Of a stretch of DNA of 46,641 nt, positions 1-9,151 are shown piece after piece. Both the position numbers and the translations under genes were made by a program. Origin of the DNA: Candidatus Pacearchaeota archaeon (lineage in GTDB: Archaea > Nanobdellota > Nanobdellia > Pacearchaeales > GW2011-AR1); the NCBI GenBank assembly GCA_036169915.1, contig JAVHOF010000075.1:1-46641 (forward strand), in the 5' to 3' direction. Numbering within the stretch: the stretch's first letter is position 1; the number at the start of each line of letters is the position of its first letter. Under the pieces are notes generated by a model. The model saw nothing but the letters and a program-made list of their open reading frames with translations, was not told where the DNA came from and ran no database searches.

Positions 1-63
1 AAAAAGAGGAGATAAACCTATATAAATCTATCTGACGTTAACTATACAGTATCCTCTTTACTT

Positions 64-450
64 CTAAGCTATTACTTCTTCTTTTTTAGGTAGTAAATCA
101 TGGAATTTTTTATGACCTTCTTTGACTACAATACTGTTAATTTGAATAGTCTTTCCAGAGATTTCTTCTCCTCTAACTGTTTTTTTAAGTCTTAATCCTT
201 TTCTTTTATCTTTCATACCAGGGCCGAAAGTTAAAAGTTTCCTGTGATATCTTGTTCCTTCTTCTCCTTTAAATCCGGGAATTCCTGAAATATCACTTGT
301 GCCTGTTATTTTGAGATTATATCCTTCTAAGTCAAGAGAAGCTTGTTTTCCATCAAAATTTTCTCCTATTTTCTTTCCAATAAAATATTCATTTTCAGTC
401 TCTAATTTTATTGTCTTTCCTTTGTCAGATATATTTATTTTAAATACCAT
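64..450 (-). CDS. rps6e: 30S ribosomal protein S6e
   Basis: 128-aa ORF. MVFKINISD..GKT, GKKIG..FDG, GY.LKITGTSD.SG.P and RKGLRLKKTVRG motifs match the archaeal/eukaryotic S6e family. Confidence 0.9.
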   Translation of the reverse strand: MVFKINISDKGKTIKLETENEYFIGKKIGENFDGKQASLDLEGYNLKITGTSDISGIPGFKGEEGTRYHRKLLTFGPGMKDKRKGLRLKKTVRGEEISGKTIQINSIVVKEGHKKFHDLLPKKEEVIA

Positions 451-471
451 ATTTACTTATTGAAAATGGGG

Positions 472-478
472 TTTAAAA
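472..478 (-). promoter_or_regulatory. TATA-like box (TTTAAAA) upstream of rps6e
   Basis: The TTTAAAA core lies 22-28 nt upstream of the ATG at 450. The same spacing recurs at many genes in the window. Confidence 0.35.
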
Positions 479-502
479 GACTTTCTTTTTAAGAATTCTA
501 CT

Positions 503-1336
503 TTAATTTGCTAATTCAATAATTTGTGATATTTTTTCTTGAATTCTTGAATATCTTCTTCTAAATCTTTCACCTTCTAATGAAAGAGTTATTGCAGGCC
601 TGTCATTATGGTCTTTATAACCTTTTCTTAGTTTACCTGTTTCATCAATATAAGTTTGAGTATGACCTGCAATTTCTTGGTATGGAAAACCAATGCAATG
701 ATATCCAGATACATGCCTAGGATGCTGAGTTTGAATAACTAGATCCCATTTTTCCTTATAGCCTATTTTGCCTATTCCTAACATTAATATCAATGAGCTT
801 GTTAATGATGGATCTTCTCCAAAAAGACCGCCTATTTCGTATAATTTATCAGAACCATTATATTTTTCTAATAATGTTGCTATGTTATATTTACCTAAAT
901 TATCCATTGTTGATTCTCTCCATGTAGACTCGTAATCTTTATTTAGCATAAATCTTTCTGAAAATTGGACTAATTCTTCTAATTTTAATAAACTAAGCTC
1001 TGAAGGCAGAATGCCATGAGTCTTTCTGTTAACTGTTCTTATACATTTTGAAATATACTCTCTTCCATTTTCTTTTCCATTAAGAACAAAAAACCTAGCC
1101 CCTAAATCAAATGGATCAAAGTCATCAATCTTTGACTCTTTCACATGTCTTGCCTTATAATTTTTAGATCTTAAATTTATAAGCTCTTGTTTTTTATCTT
1201 CATCAGCAATTTCTCTAAAAGTCCATTGACCCATATTGAATCTTAAAGCTCTTACAAGACCTCTAAAATTATTCAAACGATTAGTATTAGTTCTTGTTGA
1301 CATGCCTGTCAAAACTGGCATTTCTATTGTGCTCAT
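503..1336 (-). CDS. hypothetical protein (277 aa, soluble, no motif recognised)
   Basis: A long ORF in AT-rich DNA, where stop codons are frequent. It has an ATG start and a TTTAAA-type box about 25-35 nt upstream. Confidence 0.7.
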   Translation of the reverse strand: MSTIEMPVLTGMSTRTNTNRLNNFRGLVRALRFNMGQWTFREIADEDKKQELINLRSKNYKARHVKESKIDDFDPFDLGARFFVLNGKENGREYISKCIRTVNRKTHGILPSELSLLKLEELVQFSERFMLNKDYESTWRESTMDNLGKYNIATLLEKYNGSDKLYEIGGLFGEDPSLTSSLILMLGIGKIGYKEKWDLVIQTQHPRHVSGYHCIGFPYQEIAGHTQTYIDETGKLRKGYKDHNDRPAITLSLEGERFRRRYSRIQEKISQIIELAN

Positions 1337-1406
1337 TAAAAACGAAAAATTAATCCTTATTTAAACACTTATGATATTATAAATATATGTTATAAAATAT
1401 TATTTT

Positions 1407-3152
1407 TTAAACCCCCCAACCAGGGTTGTTTTTTCTTTTGATTTCAGCTATTTTTTGAAGGGTTTGAATTTCTTCATGTGTTAAAAGATCTTTATTATCT
1501 TTGAATTTTTTAAACTGGTTTTCAGATAAATCAGTGTATAAATAATTTTTATCTTGCAATTGCCTTTCAAAATTTATTCCAGGCAAGGACATTGCAACTT
1601 CCTGTCCTTGAACAGCTTCATTTAATTTATGATTCTTTTCCTGAACTCCTTTTACCTTAGCAACATCTTCTCCATCTTCATTAATCAATGGAATTCCTGG
1701 TTTTATTTTTCCTGCTTCAACACTTACTCCGAAAATAGCAGGATTTGAATTTCTAAAAACATATTGATGAAGAATTTTTAATTTTCCAATTGTTGCAAGT
1801 TCCATTATTCTTTCTCTTTTAACTTCATTTCTTTTTTCATCCTGATATTTAACAACATCTTCAATAAGCTTGTAGATAACTTCATGTTTTAATATTTTTA
1901 TTTTACCCTTTTCCATTTCTTTAATTTCTTCGTCTTCATCAACATTAAATCCAAGAATAACTGCATTTACAGGATTTATTTTTAAATTTGTCTGTGCTGA
2001 AATAATGTCTTTTTTTGTTATGCTTCCTATTCCTGCTCTTACTATCTTTATGTTTTCCTGTTTAAGCAGAGTCATCAGAGCCTCTAAACTTCCAAGAGAA
2101 TCTGCTTTTATTATTATTCCTTCATCATCTGTATTTATCTTGTCTGTTATTTCTTTTTGAAACTCTTGTTTTATTTCATCTAAATTATTCTTGAAAATGA
2201 CAAAGGGCATTCCCGGAAGTATTCCTTCTGAATTAATTAATTGCATTCTTATTCCGTTTGCAGCGCTTGCCTCGTGAACTGCTTTAAATTTATTTGACAA
2301 TGGCATTATTTCCTCTAAAACTCTTATCTTAGTTAGAATAGGTTCATCAAAACTTGCAATTACAATCTCTTCATTTGCATTTAAAGTTCCATCATATAAT
2401 ATTGCTTCTGCATACTGCATTGATTTTTCTTTTTTAATTTCTAAAATGACTCCTTTTGCACTTTTACCAAGTTTTAAATTTTCTTTTAAAAATTTTTGTG
2501 AAAGTCCGCAGAGCATTAGGATTAATTCTTGAATTCCTTCGCTACTTCTTGCAGAACATGGAACAAGAGCAAGCTGGGTTGTAAAATCAGTTATTTCATA
2601 GAAGGGTTTTGCATTAAATCCATGATGATATAAGCTTCCTATGATGGTAAATAATTTTTCATCAAAATCAAGCCTTGCATTTGAAGATTGAAGTTCAATG
2701 CTTTGCTTTAAGTCATCAGACTGCTTTCTCCATCCTGAAATATTATCAATTTTATTTAAAGCAATAATAAAAGGAGTTTTATTTAATTTTAAGATTTCAA
2801 TAACTTCTGCTGTTTGAGGCATTATTCCTTCATTAATGTCTATTACTAGAATAGCCAAATCTGCAAGACTTCCCCCTCTTTTTCTCAAATGAGAAAATGC
2901 TGCGTGTCCTGGTGTATCAATAAATAAAAATCCTGGAAAATCAATTTTAATTCCTTTTTCATCAATCAAAGGACATCTTTTTTTAATATTTTCAAGCGGT
3001 ACTTTTGTGAAAGATATTTTCTGAGTTATTCCACCTGCTTCTGTATTTGCAACTCCTGTTTTTCTTATATTGTCCAATAGGCTTGTTTTTCCATGGTCCA
3101 CATGACCTGCTACAGTTACAATTGGCTGTCTAATTTGTGTCATATAATTCAT
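1407..3152 (-). CDS. infB: translation initiation factor aIF5B (IF-2 family GTPase)
   Basis: 581 aa. G1 AGHVDHGKTSLLD, G3 DTPGH and G4 NKID are followed by the beta-barrel/helical domains typical of aIF5B. Confidence 0.92.
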   Translation of the reverse strand: MNYMTQIRQPIVTVAGHVDHGKTSLLDNIRKTGVANTEAGGITQKISFTKVPLENIKKRCPLIDEKGIKIDFPGFLFIDTPGHAAFSHLRKRGGSLADLAILVIDINEGIMPQTAEVIEILKLNKTPFIIALNKIDNISGWRKQSDDLKQSIELQSSNARLDFDEKLFTIIGSLYHHGFNAKPFYEITDFTTQLALVPCSARSSEGIQELILMLCGLSQKFLKENLKLGKSAKGVILEIKKEKSMQYAEAILYDGTLNANEEIVIASFDEPILTKIRVLEEIMPLSNKFKAVHEASAANGIRMQLINSEGILPGMPFVIFKNNLDEIKQEFQKEITDKINTDDEGIIIKADSLGSLEALMTLLKQENIKIVRAGIGSITKKDIISAQTNLKINPVNAVILGFNVDEDEEIKEMEKGKIKILKHEVIYKLIEDVVKYQDEKRNEVKRERIMELATIGKLKILHQYVFRNSNPAIFGVSVEAGKIKPGIPLINEDGEDVAKVKGVQEKNHKLNEAVQGQEVAMSLPGINFERQLQDKNYLYTDLSENQFKKFKDNKDLLTHEEIQTLQKIAEIKRKNNPGWGV

Positions 3153-3211
3153 ATTACAATAGGATTTTTAAAGTTTGATATTTGTTAAATAAAATGGTAT
3201 CATAAGAAAAC

Positions 3212-3409
3212 TTGAAAAATTGCTTTAGCCTTATTCAGAATATGGTGGATTTTCCAAGTCAATATACTGAATCTTGGTTGTATAAAAAAGGGAATATCAC
3301 TGTTAGAGTAGATGAATTAGATTATGAACCTTTTGGGAATGATTCATATAAACAAGTTCTTGAAAATGCTGCTAGAAAATTAGGATTAATTTCTAATAAG
3401 CAAAAATAG
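3212..3409 (+). CDS. small hypothetical protein (65 aa; TTG start, alternative ATG at 3242)
   Basis: Supported only by the ORF track. No motif recognised and the start is uncertain. Confidence 0.3.
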   Translation: MKNCFSLIQNMVDFPSQYTESWLYKKGNITVRVDELDYEPFGNDSYKQVLENAARKLGLISNKQK

Positions 3410-3420
3410 TTTTTTCAGAA

Positions 3421-3831
3421 TTATCTAGAATAATTTATGAATTCATTAAGAAAAAAAGTTAGTAAGGTTTTTTTAAATTGATAAGTTTCTCTTACTCTTT
3501 CTGGAGTCATTAAAAGAGTCTCTGTGTAAACAACAACCATATTTCTATCAATAGTTTTAATGTCTTCTCCTGAAGCAATATCATAAAAAATATTGGAAAA
3601 ATTTCTACATATCCTTGTTCTTAGTCTAACTGCCAATGGGCAAGTCTTAGGATTTTTAAAACCATCTTTTAATCTATAGAAGAATCTTGGAGGGTCTTTG
3701 TCATTAAACCTCCCATAATCAAAAGAAACTTCTACTATGTTTAATTTTCTTAACTCTGTTCTTATTCTATCTTCTAATTCTTGTACTTGTTCTCCTTCAT
3801 TTAAAACATGATCTTCTTTTCTTTTTTTCAT
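3421..3831 (-). CDS. hypothetical protein (136 aa)
   Basis: ORF with an ATG start and an upstream AT-rich promoter region. No motif recognised. Confidence 0.6.
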   Translation of the reverse strand: MKKRKEDHVLNEGEQVQELEDRIRTELRKLNIVEVSFDYGRFNDKDPPRFFYRLKDGFKNPKTCPLAVRLRTRICRNFSNIFYDIASGEDIKTIDRNMVVVYTETLLMTPERVRETYQFKKTLLTFFLNEFINYSR

Positions 3832-3881
3832 ACCTTAGTATAGGTAATAAAATATATAAGCATTGTGAAGCTGTATTAGAC

Positions 3882-4166
3882 ATGATTCAAAGAACTTTTG
3901 AAGAGATTAGTGAAAAATATGAGCTTGAAATTGATAAAATAGTCAGGACTATTAATGAAAAGAAATCAAAAAGAGTTTTGCTTCAATTTCCAGAAGGAAT
4001 GAAACCTTATGCACAGGCTATTTGCGATAAGATTGAAACTAGGGCTAAATGCGAGTGTTTTATTTGGTTAGATAGTTGTTTTGGAGCTTGTGATGTTCCT
4101 TTTGAGGTTGGCAGATTAGATATAGATTTAGTAATTCAGTTTGGACATTCAGAATTCAAAAAATGA
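3882..4166 (+). CDS. dph2: Dph2-like N-terminal fragment (truncated diphthamide synthesis radical-SAM-type enzyme; possible gene remnant)
   Basis: The 94-aa ORF carries KRVLLQFPEGMK, FGACDV and DLVIQFGHS, matching only the first ~80 residues of ~330-350-aa archaeal Dph2. Its TGA overlaps the ATG of the next gene (ATGA at 4163-4166). Confidence 0.6.
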   Translation: MIQRTFEEISEKYELEIDKIVRTINEKKSKRVLLQFPEGMKPYAQAICDKIETRAKCECFIWLDSCFGACDVPFEVGRLDIDLVIQFGHSEFKK

Positions 4167-4639
4167 AAGGGATATTTATTTATTTATTTGCATTTGTTAT
4201 TATATTATTAATAATTTTAGTTCTATTTATGATTAAAATAGGAAACAAAAATGAAATTCAGAAAGATAAAGAAAACACAAAAATCATCTTTGAAAATGGC
4301 AAGGAAATTTATGTTGAAATAGCTGATTCTGAAGCTGAATGGGGAAAAGGACTTATGTTTAGGAAAAGCCTTGATAAAAATAATGGCATGTTTTTTATTT
4401 TTGATGATTCTGTAATAAGATATTTTTGGATGAAAAATACTTATATTCCCTTAGATATTATTTTTATTGATGAAAATTTTACAATAGTGAACATAGCTGA
4501 AAATGTTCCTGTATGTGTTAAAGAGCCTTGTGAAAATTATCAGTCATTAAAACCTGTGAAATATGTTTTAGAAGTTAATGCAGGATTTTCAAAGGAAAAT
4601 GAACTCAAATCTGGATATAAACTTTTATATTTTCAATAG
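4163..4639 (+). CDS. DUF192 family protein with N-terminal membrane anchor
   Basis: The GLMFRKSL..NGMFFIF....FWMKNTYIPLDIIFID pattern is characteristic of DUF192 (COG1430). The N-terminus has a hydrophobic helix. Confidence 0.75.
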   Translation: MKGIFIYLFAFVIILLIILVLFMIKIGNKNEIQKDKENTKIIFENGKEIYVEIADSEAEWGKGLMFRKSLDKNNGMFFIFDDSVIRYFWMKNTYIPLDIIFIDENFTIVNIAENVPVCVKEPCENYQSLKPVKYVLEVNAGFSKENELKSGYKLLYFQ

Positions 4640-4678
4640 TGGTTAGTTTTAAAAAGATATCTTTAGTATCTTATTTAA

Positions 4679-5272
4679 ATGGCGACTTCAATTCCTTCTT
4701 TTCATTTAGAACAAGTTCCATTAAATTTATATATTGAAAATTCACATACATATAATTTTCAGAGTACAAATGCAGACTTATTTTGTTTAACTTATACCAC
4801 TGACGTTTCATATTTATTAAGAAAAATTGAAGATTTAACAGATTATATTAATAAAAGAAATTATGGAATTGAAAGATGTTTACAAGAACATAAATATCTT
4901 CTTTCTGAAACAGCGGGAAAAGATATTGGAATTGAATCTACAATACAATCATTTAGAACAATATTTCCTGGTTTTGATGATGGTTTTTTATTAGCATATA
5001 TGATTCCAGAAAAAGAAATTCCATTAATATATGATCAAAGAAAAAGCTGCAGCTGGTTTATAAAAAGACAGGGTGAAGAATTAAAAACATTTTTTGAAAG
5101 ATTAATGATTGAAATGATGGCAGAACAAGGAAGTGGAATAACTTTTAAAGAAGCTGAAAAAAGAGCTGTAGATAGATATTGTGAAGGATTTAGGGCAGGA
5201 TTTAGGTCTCATTTTTGCGGAAAAAAATGTAAATTTCCTAGGAATTGTGAATTAAGAGATTTATATAAATAA
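4679..5272 (+). CDS. hypothetical protein (197 aa) with C-terminal Cys cluster
   Basis: Long ORF. The C-terminus reads CEGFRAGFRSHFCGKKCKFPRNC. No family recognised. Confidence 0.65.
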   Translation: MATSIPSFHLEQVPLNLYIENSHTYNFQSTNADLFCLTYTTDVSYLLRKIEDLTDYINKRNYGIERCLQEHKYLLSETAGKDIGIESTIQSFRTIFPGFDDGFLLAYMIPEKEIPLIYDQRKSCSWFIKRQGEELKTFFERLMIEMMAEQGSGITFKEAEKRAVDRYCEGFRAGFRSHFCGKKCKFPRNCELRDLYK

Positions 5273-6022
5273 TTATCCTGCTAAAATCTTAGCAGAAATA
5301 AGCAGAAGAATTCCAAGTATTATTGCTATAATATTTATTATCAGCTTAAGTTTATTCTTTTCTTTTATTACATCAGGCAAAAGATCAAATAAGCTTATAT
5401 AAAAGAATCCGCCTGCTGCTAATGGCAATAAAATTGTGACATACTGGTTTAAATTCAAAAAATAATAACCTGCGATTCCTCCAAGAATTGCTGTCAATTG
5501 TATAATAAAATCAGAAGCAATTGCTTTTCCCCTTTTCATTCCACCATAAACAAGAACTCCAAAATTTCCTATTTCATGAGGAATCTCATGAACAATAATT
5601 AGAATGCTGGTTATTATCCCAAGTTGAGTTGATATAATGAATGAACCTGCAATTATAAGTCCATCTATAAAGTTATGAATTGCACTTCCTGCTAAAAGTA
5701 AATAAATATATGGATGTTCATGATTATCACAATGGTCTCCTTTGCAATAGTGCCAGTGAAGAAGTTTTTCTACTAGAAAAAATAATCCAAACCCTGCAAT
5801 AGTTAAAATAATAGTTATGAACCAGGATAATTTTGCTATTGATTCAGGAATCAAATGAAATATTGCTCCCCCTAATAATGCTCCTGTTGCAAATGCAACT
5901 AAAATCAAAATGATTTTATTTAAGAATTTTTTGCTTATAAAAAAGGAAAATACTCCAACTAATCCTAAAAGACCATCAATGACAGTCATTAAAATTATCC
6001 ATTGAAGTGTTGTGAGTGACAT
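5273..6022 (-). CDS. ZIP family divalent-metal (zinc/iron) transporter
   Basis: Polytopic membrane protein with HNFIDGL and HEIPHEIGNFGVL signatures and a His-rich loop (HWHYCKGDHCDNHEH). Confidence 0.85.
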   Translation of the reverse strand: MSLTTLQWIILMTVIDGLLGLVGVFSFFISKKFLNKIILILVAFATGALLGGAIFHLIPESIAKLSWFITIILTIAGFGLFFLVEKLLHWHYCKGDHCDNHEHPYIYLLLAGSAIHNFIDGLIIAGSFIISTQLGIITSILIIVHEIPHEIGNFGVLVYGGMKRGKAIASDFIIQLTAILGGIAGYYFLNLNQYVTILLPLAAGGFFYISLFDLLPDVIKEKNKLKLIINIIAIILGILLLISAKILAG

Positions 6023-6097
6023 TTTATATTAAAATTAAATAGGTATTTAAATATGATTAGCAGAAACATTTAAAAATAGTTTTTATAATGGGCTCTT

Positions 6098-6289
6098 ATG
6101 GAAATCAAAATTATTAATGAAACAACTGGAAATCCTTTTGAAAATAAAATTAAAAATGGCTGGGGAAGCTTATTTGGAAAAGAGGATAATTACAAAAATT
6201 TAAGAAAAGCTTTGAATTCTTTAAATCCAAAGGATAGAACAAAATTAACAAATCTTGGTTTAGTAGATGCAGTATGTGTTGAATATTAA
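6098..6289 (+). CDS. small hypothetical protein (63 aa)
   Basis: ORF with an ATG start and a TATA-like sequence upstream. No motif recognised. Confidence 0.35.
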   Translation: MEIKIINETTGNPFENKIKNGWGSLFGKEDNYKNLRKALNSLNPKDRTKLTNLGLVDAVCVEY

Positions 6290-6302
6290 TTCTTAATTAT
6301 AG

Positions 6303-6388
6303 CAAATAACATAAATTTTCGGAAAAATTTTGTTATTTGTCTATTTAGGAAATAACTAGAAAAATATCCGATTATTAAAGTTATTTCC
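6303..6388. terminator. two tandem hairpins in a convergent gap (candidate bidirectional terminators)
   Basis: Hairpin 1 (6303-6339): CAAATAACA/TGTTATTTG plus AAATTTT/AAAATTT, 16 bp with one bulge and loop CGGA. Hairpin 2: GGAAATAACT (6348-6357) pairs with AGTTATTTCC (6379-6388). All four arms share an AAATAAC core. Confidence 0.35.
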
Positions 6389-6395
6389 TATAATT

Positions 6396-7094
6396 TTAAA
6401 TCAACCCAGTTATCATTGCAATACCTAATGCAACTAGGACTAATCCTGCTGCAAGATGTATTTTCTTTATGTTCCTATCTCTCCATTCACTTACTTTTTC
6501 TGCACTTGACATTCCAAAATATATTACCAGAGTTATTACAATCATTGGCAATATGAATATTAGGTTATATAAGAGTAAATAGGGGATGGTTTTTAAAAAT
6601 TCCAAAGAAGATAAACTTCCTGAAGCAATTATATATGGGCCTATTGTGCATGGAAGCAAGAATAATGTAACCAAAATTCCTGCTAAAAAAGCTCCTGTTG
6701 GACTTGTTATGCTTTTTATTATCATTTTTACTTTAGGCCTGAACCTTAAGGGCATTTCAGTTGCAAATCCGCCTGGTTTGTAGCTAAGGTAATCCTTTAT
6801 ATTAAGAATTCCAAGAAGTATTGCAAGTATTGCAAGCCCATATCTTATGTATGGACTGACAATTGCTGCAAAATTTGAAAAACTCTGAAATAATTTTATT
6901 ATTACTATTCCATAGATAAAATATCCTATAAAAACTGCAGATATAAATGAAAAACCTCCTAGAAGAACTTTGTATCTTTTATCATCATTTGAAATCAATA
7001 TTGAAATCAAAACCATTGCAAGAGCTGCAAGTGCACAAGGATTTATGGCATTTACAAGAGCAAGAGATATTATTTTAATTACTGTAAGTTCCAT
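6396..7094 (-). CDS. ccdA: CcdA/DsbD-family transmembrane thiol:disulfide electron transporter
   Basis: Polytopic membrane protein with the two conserved membrane-embedded Cys motifs, NPCALAAL and LPCTIGPY. Confidence 0.8.
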   Translation of the reverse strand: MELTVIKIISLALVNAINPCALAALAMVLISILISNDDKRYKVLLGGFSFISAVFIGYFIYGIVIIKLFQSFSNFAAIVSPYIRYGLAILAILLGILNIKDYLSYKPGGFATEMPLRFRPKVKMIIKSITSPTGAFLAGILVTLFLLPCTIGPYIIASGSLSSLEFLKTIPYLLLYNLIFILPMIVITLVIYFGMSSAEKVSEWRDRNIKKIHLAAGLVLVALGIAMITGLI

Positions 7095-7095
7095 T

Positions 7096-7452
7096 TTAAC
7101 AACCTGCCAATTGTTTTAAATTTTCAAGAGTTTGAATACCTTGTATTTTTTTATCATTTATAATCCAGGTTGGAGTTGCTGTTATCTCTGCTTCATTGCA
7201 TTTTTGAATCTTTTCATCGCATTCAATTATATTAAATAGTTTTGTGTAGTTGCCAAGAATCTCTTTTTGAGCAATACAATGACTGCATGCTTTTTGAGAA
7301 TACATTGTTGATTTTGATGAAATGCATTTTATTGTATTTTCATCAATAATATTTGAATTTGGATTATTTAAATTTTTAATTAAAAATATTCCTGCAATTA
7401 TCAATACAACTATTATTATCAGGCTTAAATATATTTTAGTGCTTTCATTCAT
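7096..7452 (-). CDS. membrane-anchored thioredoxin-fold protein (CSHC active site)
   Basis: N-terminal TM helix, CSHC at nt 7276-7287, and a cis-Pro-type TPTWIIN segment. Its stop lies 1 nt from the ccdA start. Confidence 0.65.
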   Translation of the reverse strand: MNESTKIYLSLIIIVVLIIAGIFLIKNLNNPNSNIIDENTIKCISSKSTMYSQKACSHCIAQKEILGNYTKLFNIIECDEKIQKCNEAEITATPTWIINDKKIQGIQTLENLKQLAGC

Positions 7453-7502
7453 GTAATTATTAGCGAATTTTAGGTTTTAAAAGCTTGCGATTTTAATATT
7501 GT

Positions 7503-9086
7503 TCAGCAATTCCCGCTTCTGCAATTAGAATACTCTTTATTAAGAACCTTTTTCCAGACATCAAATCCTTCATTGCCTATTATTACTTCTTTGTTTATGA
7601 AAAATGTAGGAGTTATGAAAACACCTGCATCTTGTCCATCATTAATGTCTTTTTGAACAATATCTTTTGTATCCATGAATTCTAAGCAATCTAAAATATC
7701 AGTTGAGTTAATTGTTTTTGCAAGCTCAATAAGTCTTTCTTCAGTCATATTTTCTGAATTTTCCAATATAAGATTATGCATCATCCAGAAAGATTCATCT
7801 CCTGAAAGCTTTCTAACACATTCTGCTGCAATTGATTCTGCCATTGATATTTCACTGTATTCATTTGGATAGTTTCTAAATATCAGATTTACCCTATTTT
7901 TATCAAAGTATTTTTCTTTTAATTGTTCGTATGTTTTATCAAAAAAGAATTTTGTTTCTGGATTATCATAGTCTCCAAACATGATTATTGTTACAGGAGC
8001 TGAGCTGTTTCCAAGAATAGCTTCATTATTTTCTGAAACTTTTATATATTTCCCTATATTTCCTGCTTTATCAGTAACTCTTATATCAAAAAAGTGTTCT
8101 CCTTTTGATATTCCTATAGTTGGATTGCATTTAGTACTTTGTTCAAAATCGCAGAGTGTTTTCCAGACAGGATTTCTGCTGTGATAGTCAATGTATTCTA
8201 CTTTTGCAATATTATCTTCTTTTATATCTAAATTAAATAAGGCTCTATTTTTATCAACAGTATAACTAAATAAGTTAACGAGAGGTATTGCAGTGTCTAC
8301 AAAAGCACGATAGTAGTTTGATTCTGCTGTTTTTCCTCCAAGATTATATATTAAGTATTTGTATTCTACTTCTTTTCCATTAAATTCAGATAAATCAAGA
8401 TCATTGAAATCACACTGAGATTTTCCAAGTTCACATGATGCAACATAATTCATTTTTTTGCAAAAATCAGGGTTTTTGCATACTTCTCTAATTTCCAATC
8501 CTGCTGATAGAACAAAATTTTCATTGTATTTTACTGAAAATCCATTGCCATTGATAAAAGAATTGTCTTTTTTTGAATTATCTAATATTCTAGGAGTATT
8601 TCCATCTACAAAAAACATGATTGATGATGAAATATATTTTTTATCAGAGCATCTTATTGTTAAATAGTGTATTCCATTTTCAAAAGATTTAGAGAGATTA
8701 TATTCATAACATTTTCTGCATAATGGCTTAAAATTCTCTTCTATAAAATAAGAATGACCGCAGTTATTAATAAACCAGTTGTCTTTTTTAATAACATAAT
8801 CTGAATATTCTAGATTACATTTTTCTTTTGTTACAATATTAAGCCTAATTCTATTATTGTCATATACAGAATAATAATTTGGAGATAGGACATTTATATT
8901 TTCATTAGGAATATCAATGATTATAGTATCTCCTTTATGGTCATTTTCATTAATATTCACAGAAGTTTTTTGGCTGAAATATGATTTGATTTCATCACAG
9001 TTATCAACAGGAATTGCTAAGATTTGTACTATGCTTAGGATTACAAATAGAAGTACAATTAAATACAGTTTAAACCCTTTTTCCAT
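7503..9086 (-). CDS. secreted Cys-rich protein with C-terminal DsbA-like thioredoxin-fold domain lacking the CxxC
   Basis: N-terminal signal/anchor, followed by a ~350-aa Cys-rich region. The C-terminal ~160 aa match the DsbA pattern (VTIIMFGDY-x-[C]P-x-[C], FRNYP, FW..HN, ITPTFFIN), but CPxC reads NPET (nt 7953-7964). Confidence 0.65.
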   Translation of the reverse strand: MEKGFKLYLIVLLFVILSIVQILAIPVDNCDEIKSYFSQKTSVNINENDHKGDTIIIDIPNENINVLSPNYYSVYDNNRIRLNIVTKEKCNLEYSDYVIKKDNWFINNCGHSYFIEENFKPLCRKCYEYNLSKSFENGIHYLTIRCSDKKYISSSIMFFVDGNTPRILDNSKKDNSFINGNGFSVKYNENFVLSAGLEIREVCKNPDFCKKMNYVASCELGKSQCDFNDLDLSEFNGKEVEYKYLIYNLGGKTAESNYYRAFVDTAIPLVNLFSYTVDKNRALFNLDIKEDNIAKVEYIDYHSRNPVWKTLCDFEQSTKCNPTIGISKGEHFFDIRVTDKAGNIGKYIKVSENNEAILGNSSAPVTIIMFGDYDNPETKFFFDKTYEQLKEKYFDKNRVNLIFRNYPNEYSEISMAESIAAECVRKLSGDESFWMMHNLILENSENMTEERLIELAKTINSTDILDCLEFMDTKDIVQKDINDGQDAGVFITPTFFINKEVIIGNEGFDVWKKVLNKEYSNCRSGNC

Positions 9087-9151
9087 TTCTAGATTAAATC
9101 CTTTAAATTCTATATAAAAGTATCTTACTACTAGTTCTTGATGAAGAAAAA

